Part shown: one piece after another, positions 30,328-39,354 of the stretch | Layout: the number at the start of each line of letters is the position of its first letter | Numbering within the stretch: position 1 is the stretch's first letter | Assembly (NCBI GenBank): GCA_027484025.1 | Contig: JAIXTI010000287.1 | Span: 5,137-69,136, forward strand | DNA length: 64,000 nucleotides | From: a bacterium | GTDB taxonomy: Bacteria; Gemmatimonadota; Gemmatimonadetes; Gemmatimonadales; Gemmatimonadaceae | Direction of reading: 5' to 3' | Translations under genes and position numbers: made by a program | The notes under the pieces: model-generated | Database searches by the model: none | What the model saw: only the letters and a program-made list of their open reading frames with translations | What the model was told of the DNA's origin: nothing

Positions 30328-30825
30328 ATGCGCACGCTCTCGCTTCAATCACCGTTGTCTGCCTTGATCGCCGAGAGCTTGCTCGCAAGCCAGGACGCGT
30401 GGCACCGATACCACCTGGTCACCGCCGGCGTAACGACCGACCGCGTCGCTGAGATCGCGCAAATCTTGCAGCTCAGCCCGCGCACGATCGCCGAGGCGCT
30501 GCAAATCGACTCGCATCGCGTGAATAGAGGTAGCGCGCAGATCCAGCTGTTGCCGCATCACGCGGAACGTGTTGTCGGACTGATGGCGATTATCGGTTCG
30601 GTACTTGCCGGTGCGCTCCCGGACACCGTTCACGCCGAAGCGTGCGACGACGCGGATACGGCAGCGGTTGGTCGAACCCTGGGCGTGTGGTTGACGTCAC
30701 GGTGCGCGCCGCTGCACGGGGCACCGCCTCTGCACTGGCTCGACCTCGCCGACGGGCGGGAGTTCGTGCGAACGCTCGCCATACAGTCGGTGGGGCACCG
30801 TGTCGAAGCGCGGCGCGGCGCGTAA
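30328..30825 (+). CDS. Xre/MbcA/ParS-type antitoxin-like protein
   Basis: HTH-like N-half, AERVVGL, and C-terminal WL...C.PL.G..PL..LD...G...V pattern. Confidence 0.6.
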   Translation: MRTLSLQSPLSALIAESLLASQDAWHRYHLVTAGVTTDRVAEIAQILQLSPRTIAEALQIDSHRVNRGSAQIQLLPHHAERVVGLMAIIGSVLAGALPDTVHAEACDDADTAAVGRTLGVWLTSRCAPLHGAPPLHWLDLADGREFVRTLAIQSVGHRVEARRGA

Positions 30826-30841
30826 TCCAACAATGCAAACG

Positions 30842-30880
30842 ACGACGACGCCGCTGGCCTACGGCCAGCGGCGTCGTCGT
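30842..30880. repeat. Perfect 18-bp hairpin between convergent genes
   Basis: ACGACGACGCCGCTGGCC-tac-GGCCAGCGGCGTCGTCGT. Confidence 0.75.
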
Positions 30881-30906
30881 GACAGGGTACATGTCGATGT
30901 CGTGTT

Positions 30907-31701
30907 TCAGCGCGATGGACGCACGCGCATGAGCCACACACCAACCGTAATCAGGTACAACGGCAACAGCACGTTGGAGATTTCCGCGACCGGATCGAAG
31001 ACCGACGTCATGTTGCGGAACATGCCCATCCATCCGGCCATCGCCGTGACTCCGCCAAACACCGCGAGCCTGACGTTCGACCGCTGCCAGAGCAGCCAGC
31101 TCAACGCGAGAAAACTGCCGTACATGGTGAGCTCACCAACGAACTCGCCAAGACCATTGCCGAGATAGCGATTCATCGCATCGCCTACCGCATACAGCAC
31201 CGACGCCTCACTTGGCGATGCCATTGCTGCATGTTCCGCGAGTGTCCACTGCAGCGTGCTCCAACGTGCGAGCCCCAACGTCATGGCCAGCGATGAGACC
31301 ACCTGCAGCGCCAGCGCGGCCGAAAACACACCGCGAGCACGCACATCATCATGCGGTCCTACCAAGACCGATGCACTCAAGGCGACGGCCGGAATGAGTA
31401 GCAGGGGCAGCAATGCATACAACACCCACACGGCACGACCGGTAGTTCCCAGCGTGAGGAGTGCCGGCAGCGACTTCTCCGAGGGCAGGTCGAGCACATC
31501 GGGATACCCGAACGCGCTCGCCAACCACGCGAAGACGGCAATGAAGCCAATGCTGGCAGCGAGCAGCAACAGCCCCGCGAGTTTTGGCGCGACGCGCGCA
31601 GCGGCGGGCGCGGGCGCCAAGGTGGCGGCCGGTGTCGTGGCGCCAACGTGCCACACCGCGGCGTCGGCGGGGGGAATGAACATCGAGTCGGGAGTCGTCA
31701 T
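30907..31701 (-). CDS. DUF4386-like integral membrane protein
   Basis: F.YPDVL..P motif, multiple TM helices, YLGNGLGEF.G. Confidence 0.75.
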   Translation of the reverse strand: MTTPDSMFIPPADAAVWHVGATTPAATLAPAPAAARVAPKLAGLLLLAASIGFIAVFAWLASAFGYPDVLDLPSEKSLPALLTLGTTGRAVWVLYALLPLLLIPAVALSASVLVGPHDDVRARGVFSAALALQVVSSLAMTLGLARWSTLQWTLAEHAAMASPSEASVLYAVGDAMNRYLGNGLGEFVGELTMYGSFLALSWLLWQRSNVRLAVFGGVTAMAGWMGMFRNMTSVFDPVAEISNVLLPLYLITVGVWLMRVRPSR

Positions 31702-31712
31702 GAGTAACCTCG

Positions 31713-32561
31713 TCAGAAGGCGGCGCCGAGCCCGGCACCGAAGCTCAGTTGCTGCCGATCGCCAAGCTGCTTGGTAATGGGGCTGGCGGCGGCATCATGC
31801 AGGAGACGTCGTGCGCTGGCGAAGCCGGCGAGTTGCCAGCGCGAGTTCAGGGCGTACATCGCCGTCAGCGATGCCCCGGCGTCGAGCGCACCGTGCCGTG
31901 CGGTGAAGGCCGGCAACGTAAGGACCGACGACGCAACCGGCGTTACCGAGAAGTACCGACGGTTCCAGGTGGCATCGGCATACGTGCCGGAGGCGCTGCC
32001 AATGAGCAGCGTGCGCGCACCAAGCGGCCGACGATAACTCGCACGAAGCAACGCCGTGTGTCCGTCGTTCACGCCGCTCACATCGCGTACGACCTGAAGC
32101 ATGAGACGTGCTTCGTCGCCTTGTGCGAGTCCCACGCCACGGGAGACGGCGACGAACGCGCCGAGTTCTGCGGCCAGACCGATACTGGAGAGCGAGGCGG
32201 TGGTCGTGCGCGCGAGATCGCGTGCTTCGCGGCCGAACGTGAGGTTGAGCGCCGGCCCGGCTTCCCACCACGCGCCTGGGCGAATGGAGAGTCGCGCCGA
32301 GGTCCCATCGAGCGCCAGTTGCCAGCCGTTGCCGCCGAGTTGTCCGGCAACGTACGGAATGACCTGTTGTGTCCCGGCGCCCGGGAACGACGGGACACTG
32401 GCCATGCCGCCAAAGAGCACGCCGTGCACGCCGCCTCGGGGCGGCATTGGTGACTGTGCGATCGCTGTGGTGGCGTGCAGCGCACCGACTGCCGCGGTGC
32501 ACAGAGCGGCGTACCGACGAGACCGATCGGAACGTCGCCAACGAGTGATGATGCGGAACAT
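31713..32561 (-). CDS. MipA/OmpV family outer-membrane protein
   Basis: P.F.G......IP pattern, ..RYFSVT, A.SP..KQ, C-terminal GLGAAF. Confidence 0.82.
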   Translation of the reverse strand: MFRIITRWRRSDRSRRYAALCTAAVGALHATTAIAQSPMPPRGGVHGVLFGGMASVPSFPGAGTQQVIPYVAGQLGGNGWQLALDGTSARLSIRPGAWWEAGPALNLTFGREARDLARTTTASLSSIGLAAELGAFVAVSRGVGLAQGDEARLMLQVVRDVSGVNDGHTALLRASYRRPLGARTLLIGSASGTYADATWNRRYFSVTPVASSVLTLPAFTARHGALDAGASLTAMYALNSRWQLAGFASARRLLHDAAASPITKQLGDRQQLSFGAGLGAAF

Positions 32562-32658
32562 GTAATGACTCCGAAGTATGATCGTCGCCAGACGACGATC
32601 GTGTGGAGGAAGGACGGTCCGACGTTGCCGCATGCGCGCGCATCGCGGCGACGGCAGA

Positions 32659-33207
32659 TCAGAGATCCCAGCCGAGTCCCACGGTGGGATTGACCCGGGT
32701 GGCAGAACGCGCCGAAGACCGCAGCCATCCGACGCCCAGGCGTCCCGTCATGCGGTGCGCCCATCCGTTGCGACCAAAGCGTTGCCGCACCCCGCCGTCG
32801 AGAATCCACGAGTCGGACCACTCCGACGAGCGCGAGTTGGCAAACGACACGGACGCGTAGGGGGAGGTCATGGCCTGCGGACGCAACGCGAGGCCGGCCC
32901 CGAAGCGGAGAAAGTGGGTCGTGGGCCGGTCGTCGCCACGCCAATCGTCGCGGCGAATGATGGTGGGGTAGTGCCCGACGAAGACCATGAACGCGCCTCG
33001 TCGCAACTCGAGACCGGTGCCAGGGTTACGGAACACCGTCACGGTCAGCTGCCACGATTCGCCGCCTGATTCGCGGCGGGGCGTTGATGCGGCGGCCGAT
33101 GCGGCAGCCGTTAGCGGTGTCAGAGCGTGTTGCGCCGCCAGTGGGGTGCCGAACGTGAGGGCGAGGCAGGCGAACGGCAATTGCTGCAGAAAGCGTCGTC
33201 GAGACAT
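32659..33207 (-). CDS. Hypothetical exported beta-rich protein
   Basis: SRRRFL plus signal peptide; alternating amphipathic strands; ends VGLGWDL. Confidence 0.6.
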   Translation of the reverse strand: MSRRRFLQQLPFACLALTFGTPLAAQHALTPLTAAASAAASTPRRESGGESWQLTVTVFRNPGTGLELRRGAFMVFVGHYPTIIRRDDWRGDDRPTTHFLRFGAGLALRPQAMTSPYASVSFANSRSSEWSDSWILDGGVRQRFGRNGWAHRMTGRLGVGWLRSSARSATRVNPTVGLGWDL

Positions 33208-33297
33208 CGGGATCCTTGGCGAGGGTGATGATCCCAGCCTAGGCAATCGCGACGGCGGCGTCCAAGACGCAGTTCTGCTGAGTGTGATCGGTTGTGC

Positions 33298-34542
33298 TTA
33301 TGGGTACAGCGCCGCACGCCGCGCCAACAAGAACGCCCGCACCGCCGGCGACTCCGTAAGCCCGCTCGCCATGTCGTACGCAACCTCGGCCTCGTCGCGG
33401 CGTCCGAGTGCCGCCAGAATGTGCGCCCGCAACGCCCACCACGGCTGGTACGCGCGCACGACATCAGCGGGCAGTGCGTCGATGTGCGCGAACGCTTCCA
33501 GCAATTGCCCCGCCTGCGCCATGACCGCCGCCCTATTCACCGCGACGCCAATCGTGGGCGCGAACGCCCACAACGCGTCGTACAGCGTGAGCAGCGTATC
33601 GGGCGCGACACGATGTCCGCGACGACGGGCGACATGCAGCGACTGAATAGCCGCCTCCGTCTGGTAACGCCCTGGTGACAACAACTTCGCCGCCCGCACC
33701 AACAAGCGCTCGGCGTCGGCAATCGCGTTCTGATCCCACGCGTCGTGCTGCTGCTCATCGAGCGGCACATAGCGGCCGTCTGCCGAGTGTCGCGTGGTAC
33801 GACGCGCATGGCAATACAGCATGAGGCTCAGGAGTCCGAGCGCTTCCGCCTGTTCCGGCAAGGCGTCCACCACCACCTGCGCCAACCAGATCGCCTCGTC
33901 GGCCAGCACAATCTGCGACGAGTCTCCACCAGTCACCGCATCCCACGCCGTCCCGAAGGCGGCGTAGATGGCGTCGAGCACGGTGGGCACGCGCGTGGCG
34001 AGTTCAGAGGCCTCCGGTAGCGCAAAGCGAATGCCGGCATCACGCAGCTTCTGTTTGGCCCGCACCAAGCGTTGCGCCATGGCCGACGGCTTGACCAGAA
34101 ACGCCGCCGCAATGCGGTCCGCGTCGAGCCCGAGCACCACCTGTAGCATGAGTGGCGCGTGCACCGCCTGATCGATGGCCGGATGCGCACACGCGAACAA
34201 CAGCATCGCGCGCTGGTCCGGCAACGCCGGGCTCTCAGCGGTGGCGTCGGGGCGCAACAGTGTGGCCGCATATTCGAGCGCCGGTGCGGCCGTGTTCACC
34301 ACCGCGGCGTGTCGCGCCGCATCGGCCAACCGGCGGCGTGCGACGGCGAGCAGCCACGCATCGGGATGGTCAGGCACCCCCGCGGTTGGCCACTGCTGCA
34401 GCGCCGCCGCGAACGCGTCACTCAGCGCATCCTCGGCCTCCGCGACATCGCGTGTGCGCGCCGCGAGCGTCGCCACCAGACGACCGTAGGCGCTCCGTGC
34501 CGCCCATTCGACGGCACGGAGCGCCGGGGTGCTGTCGCTCAC
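33298..34542 (-). CDS. ECF42-type sigma factor with C-terminal TPR extension
   Basis: YGRLVA.L...AEDAL..AF..AL..WP..G.P..P.AWL; LLFACAHPA; AQRLVRAK; GRYQ.EAAI; GTG start overlaps the yciI stop. Confidence 0.9.
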   Translation of the reverse strand: MSDSTPALRAVEWAARSAYGRLVATLAARTRDVAEAEDALSDAFAAALQQWPTAGVPDHPDAWLLAVARRRLADAARHAAVVNTAAPALEYAATLLRPDATAESPALPDQRAMLLFACAHPAIDQAVHAPLMLQVVLGLDADRIAAAFLVKPSAMAQRLVRAKQKLRDAGIRFALPEASELATRVPTVLDAIYAAFGTAWDAVTGGDSSQIVLADEAIWLAQVVVDALPEQAEALGLLSLMLYCHARRTTRHSADGRYVPLDEQQHDAWDQNAIADAERLLVRAAKLLSPGRYQTEAAIQSLHVARRRGHRVAPDTLLTLYDALWAFAPTIGVAVNRAAVMAQAGQLLEAFAHIDALPADVVRAYQPWWALRAHILAALGRRDEAEVAYDMASGLTESPAVRAFLLARRAALYP

Positions 34543-34904
34543 GCGCCAATCGGGGGCGGCGGCAACATGGGGCGCACCTCCACCGAGCCGGTGGCGGCCG
34601 CCGGACAGCGCGCCGCCCACGCCAACGCGGCATCGAGGTCGGGGACGTCGATCATGAACAGCCCGCCGAGCAATTCCTTGGTCTCCGTAAACGGGCCGTC
34701 CTGTACCAGACGCTCGTTACCGCGGAGGCGCACCGTGGTGGCCATGGCCGGTGCATGCAGCCCCGCACCACCACGTGCGACGCCAGCCTCTACGAGGGCC
34801 TGTGAGTACGCGGTGTACGCCGCCCAATACGCGGGCGCACGGGTGGGATCTTCGCGCGCCGCGAGTTCGGCGGGTGTTTCGTATACGAGAATGGCGTAGT
34901 TCAT
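34539..34904 (-). CDS. YciI/DGPF family protein
   Basis: DGPFTETKELLGG motif; WAARCP...VEVRP. Confidence 0.92.
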   Translation of the reverse strand: MNYAILVYETPAELAAREDPTRAPAYWAAYTAYSQALVEAGVARGGAGLHAPAMATTVRLRGNERLVQDGPFTETKELLGGLFMIDVPDLDAALAWAARCPAAATGSVEVRPMLPPPPIGA

Positions 34905-34994
34905 GAGAGAAGTGTCGGTGATGAGGAGATGAAGTCAAATTCGCGGTCGACGGTTCGCAACCGCACGGGTACCATCGTTACGGTCTGAGACCGG

Positions 34995-35468
34995 TCACTT
35001 GCCCGGCATGTTGGCCGCGTGCGGATTGTCGCGATGCGGGCGCAGTTCGACGGCGAGCGCTGCCGATGGAGCGAGCTTGGCGAGCGCCTCGGCGGCGGCA
35101 CGTGTTGGGGCGGCAATCACGAAATAGCCGCCAAGTCGCGCGCCGCTGACAGCGCCATCGGCGGAGCCGGTGCCACGAACCGTTACCGTGACCTTCTCGT
35201 CGAGTGCCGAGCCACCACGCAGAGCGCCCGCCTTCATCAGCGCCGCCGCAAAGTTGTCGTAGCTGGTCCAGTAGGCGTCGCTCTTGGCCGCCGAGGTCCG
35301 ATTGGCCAGATCGGCCGGGCGCTCGTAGATCAAAACGGTATACAGCTGTTCGGTGGTCTTGGGCGCCCCCATGGGAGCGGGCGCTTGGGCCAGCGCGCGG
35401 CCACTCGATAGGAACGCGGCAGCAACGAGCATGGTGACGACGGCTCGACGGGCAACTACGACGGGCAT
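34995..35468 (-). CDS. Signal-peptide-bearing YciI-like protein
   Basis: Paralogous YTVLIYE...YW..Y...L..AG..RGG..L...LGGYFVI...VELRP; N-terminal signal peptide ending ALA|Q. Confidence 0.78.
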   Translation of the reverse strand: MPVVVARRAVVTMLVAAAFLSSGRALAQAPAPMGAPKTTEQLYTVLIYERPADLANRTSAAKSDAYWTSYDNFAAALMKAGALRGGSALDEKVTVTVRGTGSADGAVSGARLGGYFVIAAPTRAAAEALAKLAPSAALAVELRPHRDNPHAANMPGK

Positions 35469-35533
35469 GGAGAGTACTCCGTGATCGACAGGGTGCTGAA
35501 CACCGCCTCGTATCTCGGGGCGGACACCCGGTA

Positions 35534-35560
35534 GTCGCGTGAGCACCCGCGGAATCGACA
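35534..35560 (-). promoter_or_regulatory. ECF42-type promoter TGTCGA-N17-CGAC
   Basis: Minus strand reads TGTCGA ttccgcgggtgctcacg CGAC, upstream of the yciI-yciI-ecf42 operon. Confidence 0.7.
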
Positions 35561-35578
35561 ACGGCCACACAATCATTT

Positions 35579-35860
35579 TTAACGATCGGAATCGGGGACC
35601 CCGAGGCTCCCTTCATTCAGCTCCGCCGGTAACTGCGCCCGCGTCTCCGCATCGAGCCGGTCCCAGCGTTCATTACGCAGCGCCCCTGCCAGCGCCCAGA
35701 GCAGGTTGGTGCTCACCCGCCCCGCGCGATGAAAGAGCACCCGGCGAAAGGCGCCAACGGCACCCAACGCCCGCAGCTCCTGCGGTGCGCGGATACCCGC
35801 CGATACCAGCAGGCGCGCCGAGCGCGTGGTACCAAAGCTGAGGTGGTGTGCCGGGCGTTG
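35579..35860 (-). pseudogene. TfoX C-terminal-like ORF lacking a start codon
   Basis: AGI....LRALGAVGAF.R...NLLWALAGAL.N.RW..L pattern; no in-frame ATG/GTG/TTG after the GNAT stop. Confidence 0.5.
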
Positions 35861-35888
35861 TCGTAACGAAAGGGCCGTGCGGGTGGAC

Positions 35889-36461
35889 TTAAGCCAACCA
35901 CTCCTCGCGCAAGATGCCGTACCACACTTCGTCAATCAGTTCGCCGCGGGTGGTGCGGTTCTGCCGAAGTGTTCCTTCGCGGACAAGACCGATCTTCTCC
36001 ATGACACGCTGCGACGGGACATTGCGAACGTCGGCCATGGCCCGCACGCGAACGAGCTGCTGGCGCGCGGTGAATGCCGTATCCAGCACGGCCCGCGCAG
36101 CCTCTGTGGCGTACCCCTGCCCCCACACCCACGGCGCCAGTGACCACCCCAGCTCGCCAATCATGCCGTCGCAGACGAACCGTATGTTGATGCCGCCCAC
36201 CACCGTATCGTCCAACGTGATCGCCCACGCCTCATGTACAACGGGATCCAACGCCTTCATGGCGGCGACAAACTCCACCGCATGATCGCGAGTGTACGGC
36301 ACGGGTACAGGCAGGTAGCGACTCCACGGCTCGAGCGTAGCGTACGCGACAATGTGATCGACGTCGCCATCGCGGTAGGGCCGGAGCACGAGACGGGGCG
36401 TTATGAGCCGCTCGGGAGATGACGACACGGGTCTGAACTGTCGCAGAGGCTCTGGGGGCAC
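35889..36461 (-). CDS. GNAT N-acetyltransferase (RimJ/RimL-like)
   Basis: T.RLVLRP, ELGWSL....WGQGYATEA, N..SQRVMEKIG...EG.LR. Confidence 0.9.
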   Translation of the reverse strand: MPPEPLRQFRPVSSSPERLITPRLVLRPYRDGDVDHIVAYATLEPWSRYLPVPVPYTRDHAVEFVAAMKALDPVVHEAWAITLDDTVVGGINIRFVCDGMIGELGWSLAPWVWGQGYATEAARAVLDTAFTARQQLVRVRAMADVRNVPSQRVMEKIGLVREGTLRQNRTTRGELIDEVWYGILREEWLA

Positions 36462-36617
36462 GGTAATTCAACTGGCCTACACCCACAATATGACTAGTGA
36501 TGTGACAGGCGACGAGTGGGATTTCGCTGAGCGAGCGTCGTTGACCTTGCTGTCGTCCGATCGAGTGATTCGCGCGTTCTTCTCAGCAGCGGTCTGGTAG
36601 CCGCTACCGCCGCACCC

Positions 36618-37010
36618 TCATTCGGTCGTCTTGCCGTCGAAGTGCTCGGTATCTTCTTCAGCAGCAGCCCGCGTGCGGTGCACCACGCCATCCAGATGAT
36701 TAGGCGGCGCGTACAGCGTGTAGAGCTTGAGCGGCGCGGTACCCGTGTTGACAATGTTGTGCCGTGCACCGGCCGGCACCACGATCGCAAAACCTTCGTG
36801 GATGGTGGTGTGCACTCCATCGATGATCGCTTCGCCATCTCCCTGCTCTACGCGAAAGAATTGATCGAGCGTGTGCACCTCCGCACCGATCTCTTCCTGT
36901 GGCTTGAGCGCCATCACCACGAGCTGGCAGTGCTTGGCAGTGTAGAGCACCTGCCGGAACGCCGTGTTCTCCACCGCGATCGTTTCGATGTTCTGGATGT
37001 ACCCTTTCAT
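36618..37010 (-). CDS. Cupin domain protein
   Basis: FRQVLYTA.H.QLVVM.L, EIGAEVH..DQFFRVEQG, PLKLYTLYAPP.H. Confidence 0.9.
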   Translation of the reverse strand: MKGYIQNIETIAVENTAFRQVLYTAKHCQLVVMALKPQEEIGAEVHTLDQFFRVEQGDGEAIIDGVHTTIHEGFAIVVPAGARHNIVNTGTAPLKLYTLYAPPNHLDGVVHRTRAAAEEDTEHFDGKTTE

Positions 37011-37087
37011 GTGTGCTCTCTGGCCATAGGCGACGACGGCGCACGACCGGTGTCGGGCGCTGTCTCCTGTGGGTGCAAGAGATGCGC

Positions 37088-37570
37088 CTACCCTCCACCG
37101 CCGAGCTGGCACCCATCCGCTACAGTGCCGGTGTATCGCACGAACAGCAGAGTGCGACTGACGAACAGCACGCGCGCCGAGACGTGCATACTGTCGGGCG
37201 TGAGACGAGCCGTCGCGGATATCGTGCGGCCGGCCTCTGGTGGACTGAGCCGCCCCGTCCATCGTTGCTGTCGAGTGTCCCACGTGAAGTTGTGGAACAG
37301 GCGCGAACCACAGCGAGGCGCGGCGCCGTCCTTCGGCTTTTCCGCCGGGAGGCCGACAAGAACGCCGCACCACGGCCCCTGCGCCCCGTCCGCCGCTGAA
37401 CCGCAGGCGCCCATGCGCACCACCGCCCCCTTCTGCGGATCCCACCACAATCCGTCTGGCGCGCGCGGCGGGGCCGACTGTGCACCCAGTACGCCACACC
37501 ACGGGGGGCCTAGAGCCGTCGCGACACACAGCCCGGCCACGGTACGCCAAAGACTCGAAAGTTGGGACAT
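37088..37570 (-). CDS. DUF2147-like exported protein
   Basis: G.W......VV....CG....CG.L...W.G.L..PE.GRT pattern. Confidence 0.7.
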   Translation of the reverse strand: MSQLSSLWRTVAGLCVATALGPPWCGVLGAQSAPPRAPDGLWWDPQKGAVVRMGACGSAADGAQGPWCGVLVGLPAEKPKDGAAPRCGSRLFHNFTWDTRQQRWTGRLSPPEAGRTISATARLTPDSMHVSARVLFVSRTLLFVRYTGTVADGCQLGGGG

Positions 37571-37661
37571 ACACCACGAGTGAAGGTCAGACAACGAATC
37601 ACCGCATGAGCGGCGTGTGGCAGGGTGTACCGGCAGCCGCCGCCCGGCGTTAGCACCGCCC

Positions 37662-37690
37662 CCTAACATTCCCCCAGCCTCGGCGGTACA
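37662..37690 (+). promoter_or_regulatory. Candidate ECF promoter CCTAACAT-N14-CGGTACA (copy 1)
   Basis: Directly upstream of the ECF gene; same motif and spacing as 39238-39266. Confidence 0.65.
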
Positions 37691-37705
37691 TGGTGAGAAC
37701 GACCC

Positions 37706-38326
37706 ATGTCACCAGCCGACGCCAACGCCCCGGGCTCCGCCACCCCTGTGCCGAACAGCGCCCCCGCCGATCTCGCGACCGCCGAAGAGCGGGCGCTGAC
37801 CGCAAGGGTGGTGCTGGGCGATCGGGACGCGTTTGCCCTGCTGGTGGGTCCACATCTGGCGCGTGCCCTGTTGCTGGCCCGACGCCTGCTCAAGAACCAC
37901 AACGATGCTGAAGACCTGGTGCAGGACGCGGCGCTTCGGGCGCTGGAGCGCTTCGACCAGTTCGACCGGTCGCGGTCGTTCGCTCCCTGGTTCATTCGGC
38001 TGCTCATGAACCTCGGCTTGCAGCAGCAGGAGAAGATCGGCCGCCGCTCCCACGAACCCCTGGAGCTGCATACCGCCGAGGTAGACCGACAACAGGAGCC
38101 GGAGAGCGCCGACTTCTGGCACGCCTTTCACGAGGCCGTCGATACGCTGCCGGCGCGACAGCGCTCGATCATCATGCTCTTCGATGTCGACGGCTATTCC
38201 GGCGCCGAGATCGCGGACCTGCTTGGGATCTCGCCCGAGAATGTCCGCTGGCACCTGCACACCGCGCGTCGCACGCTCCGGCCTCTATTGCGGGCGTACC
38301 ACCCTGACCCGAACTTCCACCCGTGA
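37706..38326 (+). CDS. ECF RNA polymerase sigma-70 factor
   Basis: GD.DAF..LV, DAEDLVQDA.LRA, F.PW..R, region 4 GYSGAEIA..LGIS...VRW.LH.AR..LR. Confidence 0.92.
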   Translation: MSPADANAPGSATPVPNSAPADLATAEERALTARVVLGDRDAFALLVGPHLARALLLARRLLKNHNDAEDLVQDAALRALERFDQFDRSRSFAPWFIRLLMNLGLQQQEKIGRRSHEPLELHTAEVDRQQEPESADFWHAFHEAVDTLPARQRSIIMLFDVDGYSGAEIADLLGISPENVRWHLHTARRTLRPLLRAYHPDPNFHP

Positions 38327-38338
38327 ACGGATCGCCTC

Positions 38339-38785
38339 ATGCCCACTGATTCCACGTCGCCGCCGCCGGACGACCCGGTGCGCGAGCCTATCCTGTCTGC
38401 GGCGCTCACCGCCGTCGACCGCGAGCATACGGTAAGCGCCGAGTCGCTGCAGCGCCTCGAGCAACGGCTGGCCGCCGCCCTCGCGGTGACAGCGGCGCGG
38501 ACGCCAGCCCCTGCGCCAGTGCTGGCCCCCAGTGCGGGGAACAGCCTCGCCAATGGCATCGTGCTCTGCTTGCAGCGCACGCAGCGGTGGGCGCCTGCCG
38601 CCGCCGTAGCGGCGGCCGCGGCGGTGCTGGTCGCGCTCTCCATGACGCCTCCACGCGCGGCGACCACGTCCGTGTCGCTTGTGGCGTACGCCGGTGGACG
38701 AACGGGCGCCGCGCTGCTGGCGGACGAGGCGCTTGGGCTGAACGTGACCCCTGCGCAAATGCTCGGCAAAGGAGCGGCGCAATGA
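38339..38785 (+). CDS. Putative single-pass anti-sigma factor
   Basis: Follows the ECF gene; one TM segment (WAPAAAVAAAAAVLVAL). Confidence 0.6.
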   Translation: MPTDSTSPPPDDPVREPILSAALTAVDREHTVSAESLQRLEQRLAAALAVTAARTPAPAPVLAPSAGNSLANGIVLCLQRTQRWAPAAAVAAAAAVLVALSMTPPRAATTSVSLVAYAGGRTGAALLADEALGLNVTPAQMLGKGAAQ

Positions 38786-39222
38786 ACACGCCACCGTCCG
38801 CGCGTCCGCCGCGCAGTGCGATGTTGATCTTCGCGGTGCTGCTCGTGTCCGCCGCAGGCGCGGGCGTGGCGCTCGACCGCGTGTATCTCGCACGTAGCGG
38901 ACAGCTGGGACTCCCAGGGATGACGGGAGCGCCACCCGTATCTCGTCCATCAGAGGAACAGCTCACCGAAATCTTCGAGGTGCTGCGCCGTGAGCTTGGA
39001 CTCCGCGACGATCAGGTGCCGGCCGTGCGCCGTATCATTGCCCTGCAAATCGATGATCTCGAACGTTTGCGCCGATCACTGCGCCCGGAAATCGATAGCA
39101 TCTTCGAAGTGACGCGCGACTCGCTCGACGTGGTACTCGACGCGGCGCAACGCGCACGTCGTGATGCATTGCTTGCCAAGATGGCGCCCCTGACCGACTC
39201 GGCGGGGCTGCGACGCCGCTGA
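38782..39222 (+). CDS. Periplasmic Spy/CpxP/ZraP-like sensor
   Basis: ATGA overlap; TM/signal segment; LRRELGL.DDQ...VLDAAQRAR LTxxQ-like motifs. Confidence 0.7.
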   Translation: MNTPPSARPPRSAMLIFAVLLVSAAGAGVALDRVYLARSGQLGLPGMTGAPPVSRPSEEQLTEIFEVLRRELGLRDDQVPAVRRIIALQIDDLERLRRSLRPEIDSIFEVTRDSLDVVLDAAQRARRDALLAKMAPLTDSAGLRRR

Positions 39223-39237
39223 CACGCGCGACACGCG

Positions 39238-39266
39238 CCTAACATCGTCGTCCGCCCGCCGGTACA
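39238..39266 (+). promoter_or_regulatory. Candidate ECF promoter CCTAACAT-N14-CGGTACA (copy 2)
   Basis: Upstream of the ABC exporter operon; identical motif and spacing to 37662-37690. Confidence 0.65.
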
Positions 39267-39354
39267 GACTCGTGCGGGGCGGTGTTCCACCGGCCACCTC
39301 GTCGTCTTCGCGGAGCCTTGAGCGAGGCGTAACGACCGGTGGCAGGACAGTCAC

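Noticed and set aside
32562-33297. Additional ECF42 promoters upstream of mipA and the beta-rich gene
   Set aside because: Only partial matches (e.g. CGTCGG-N17-CGAT), too weak in 67%-GC-like sequence to call.
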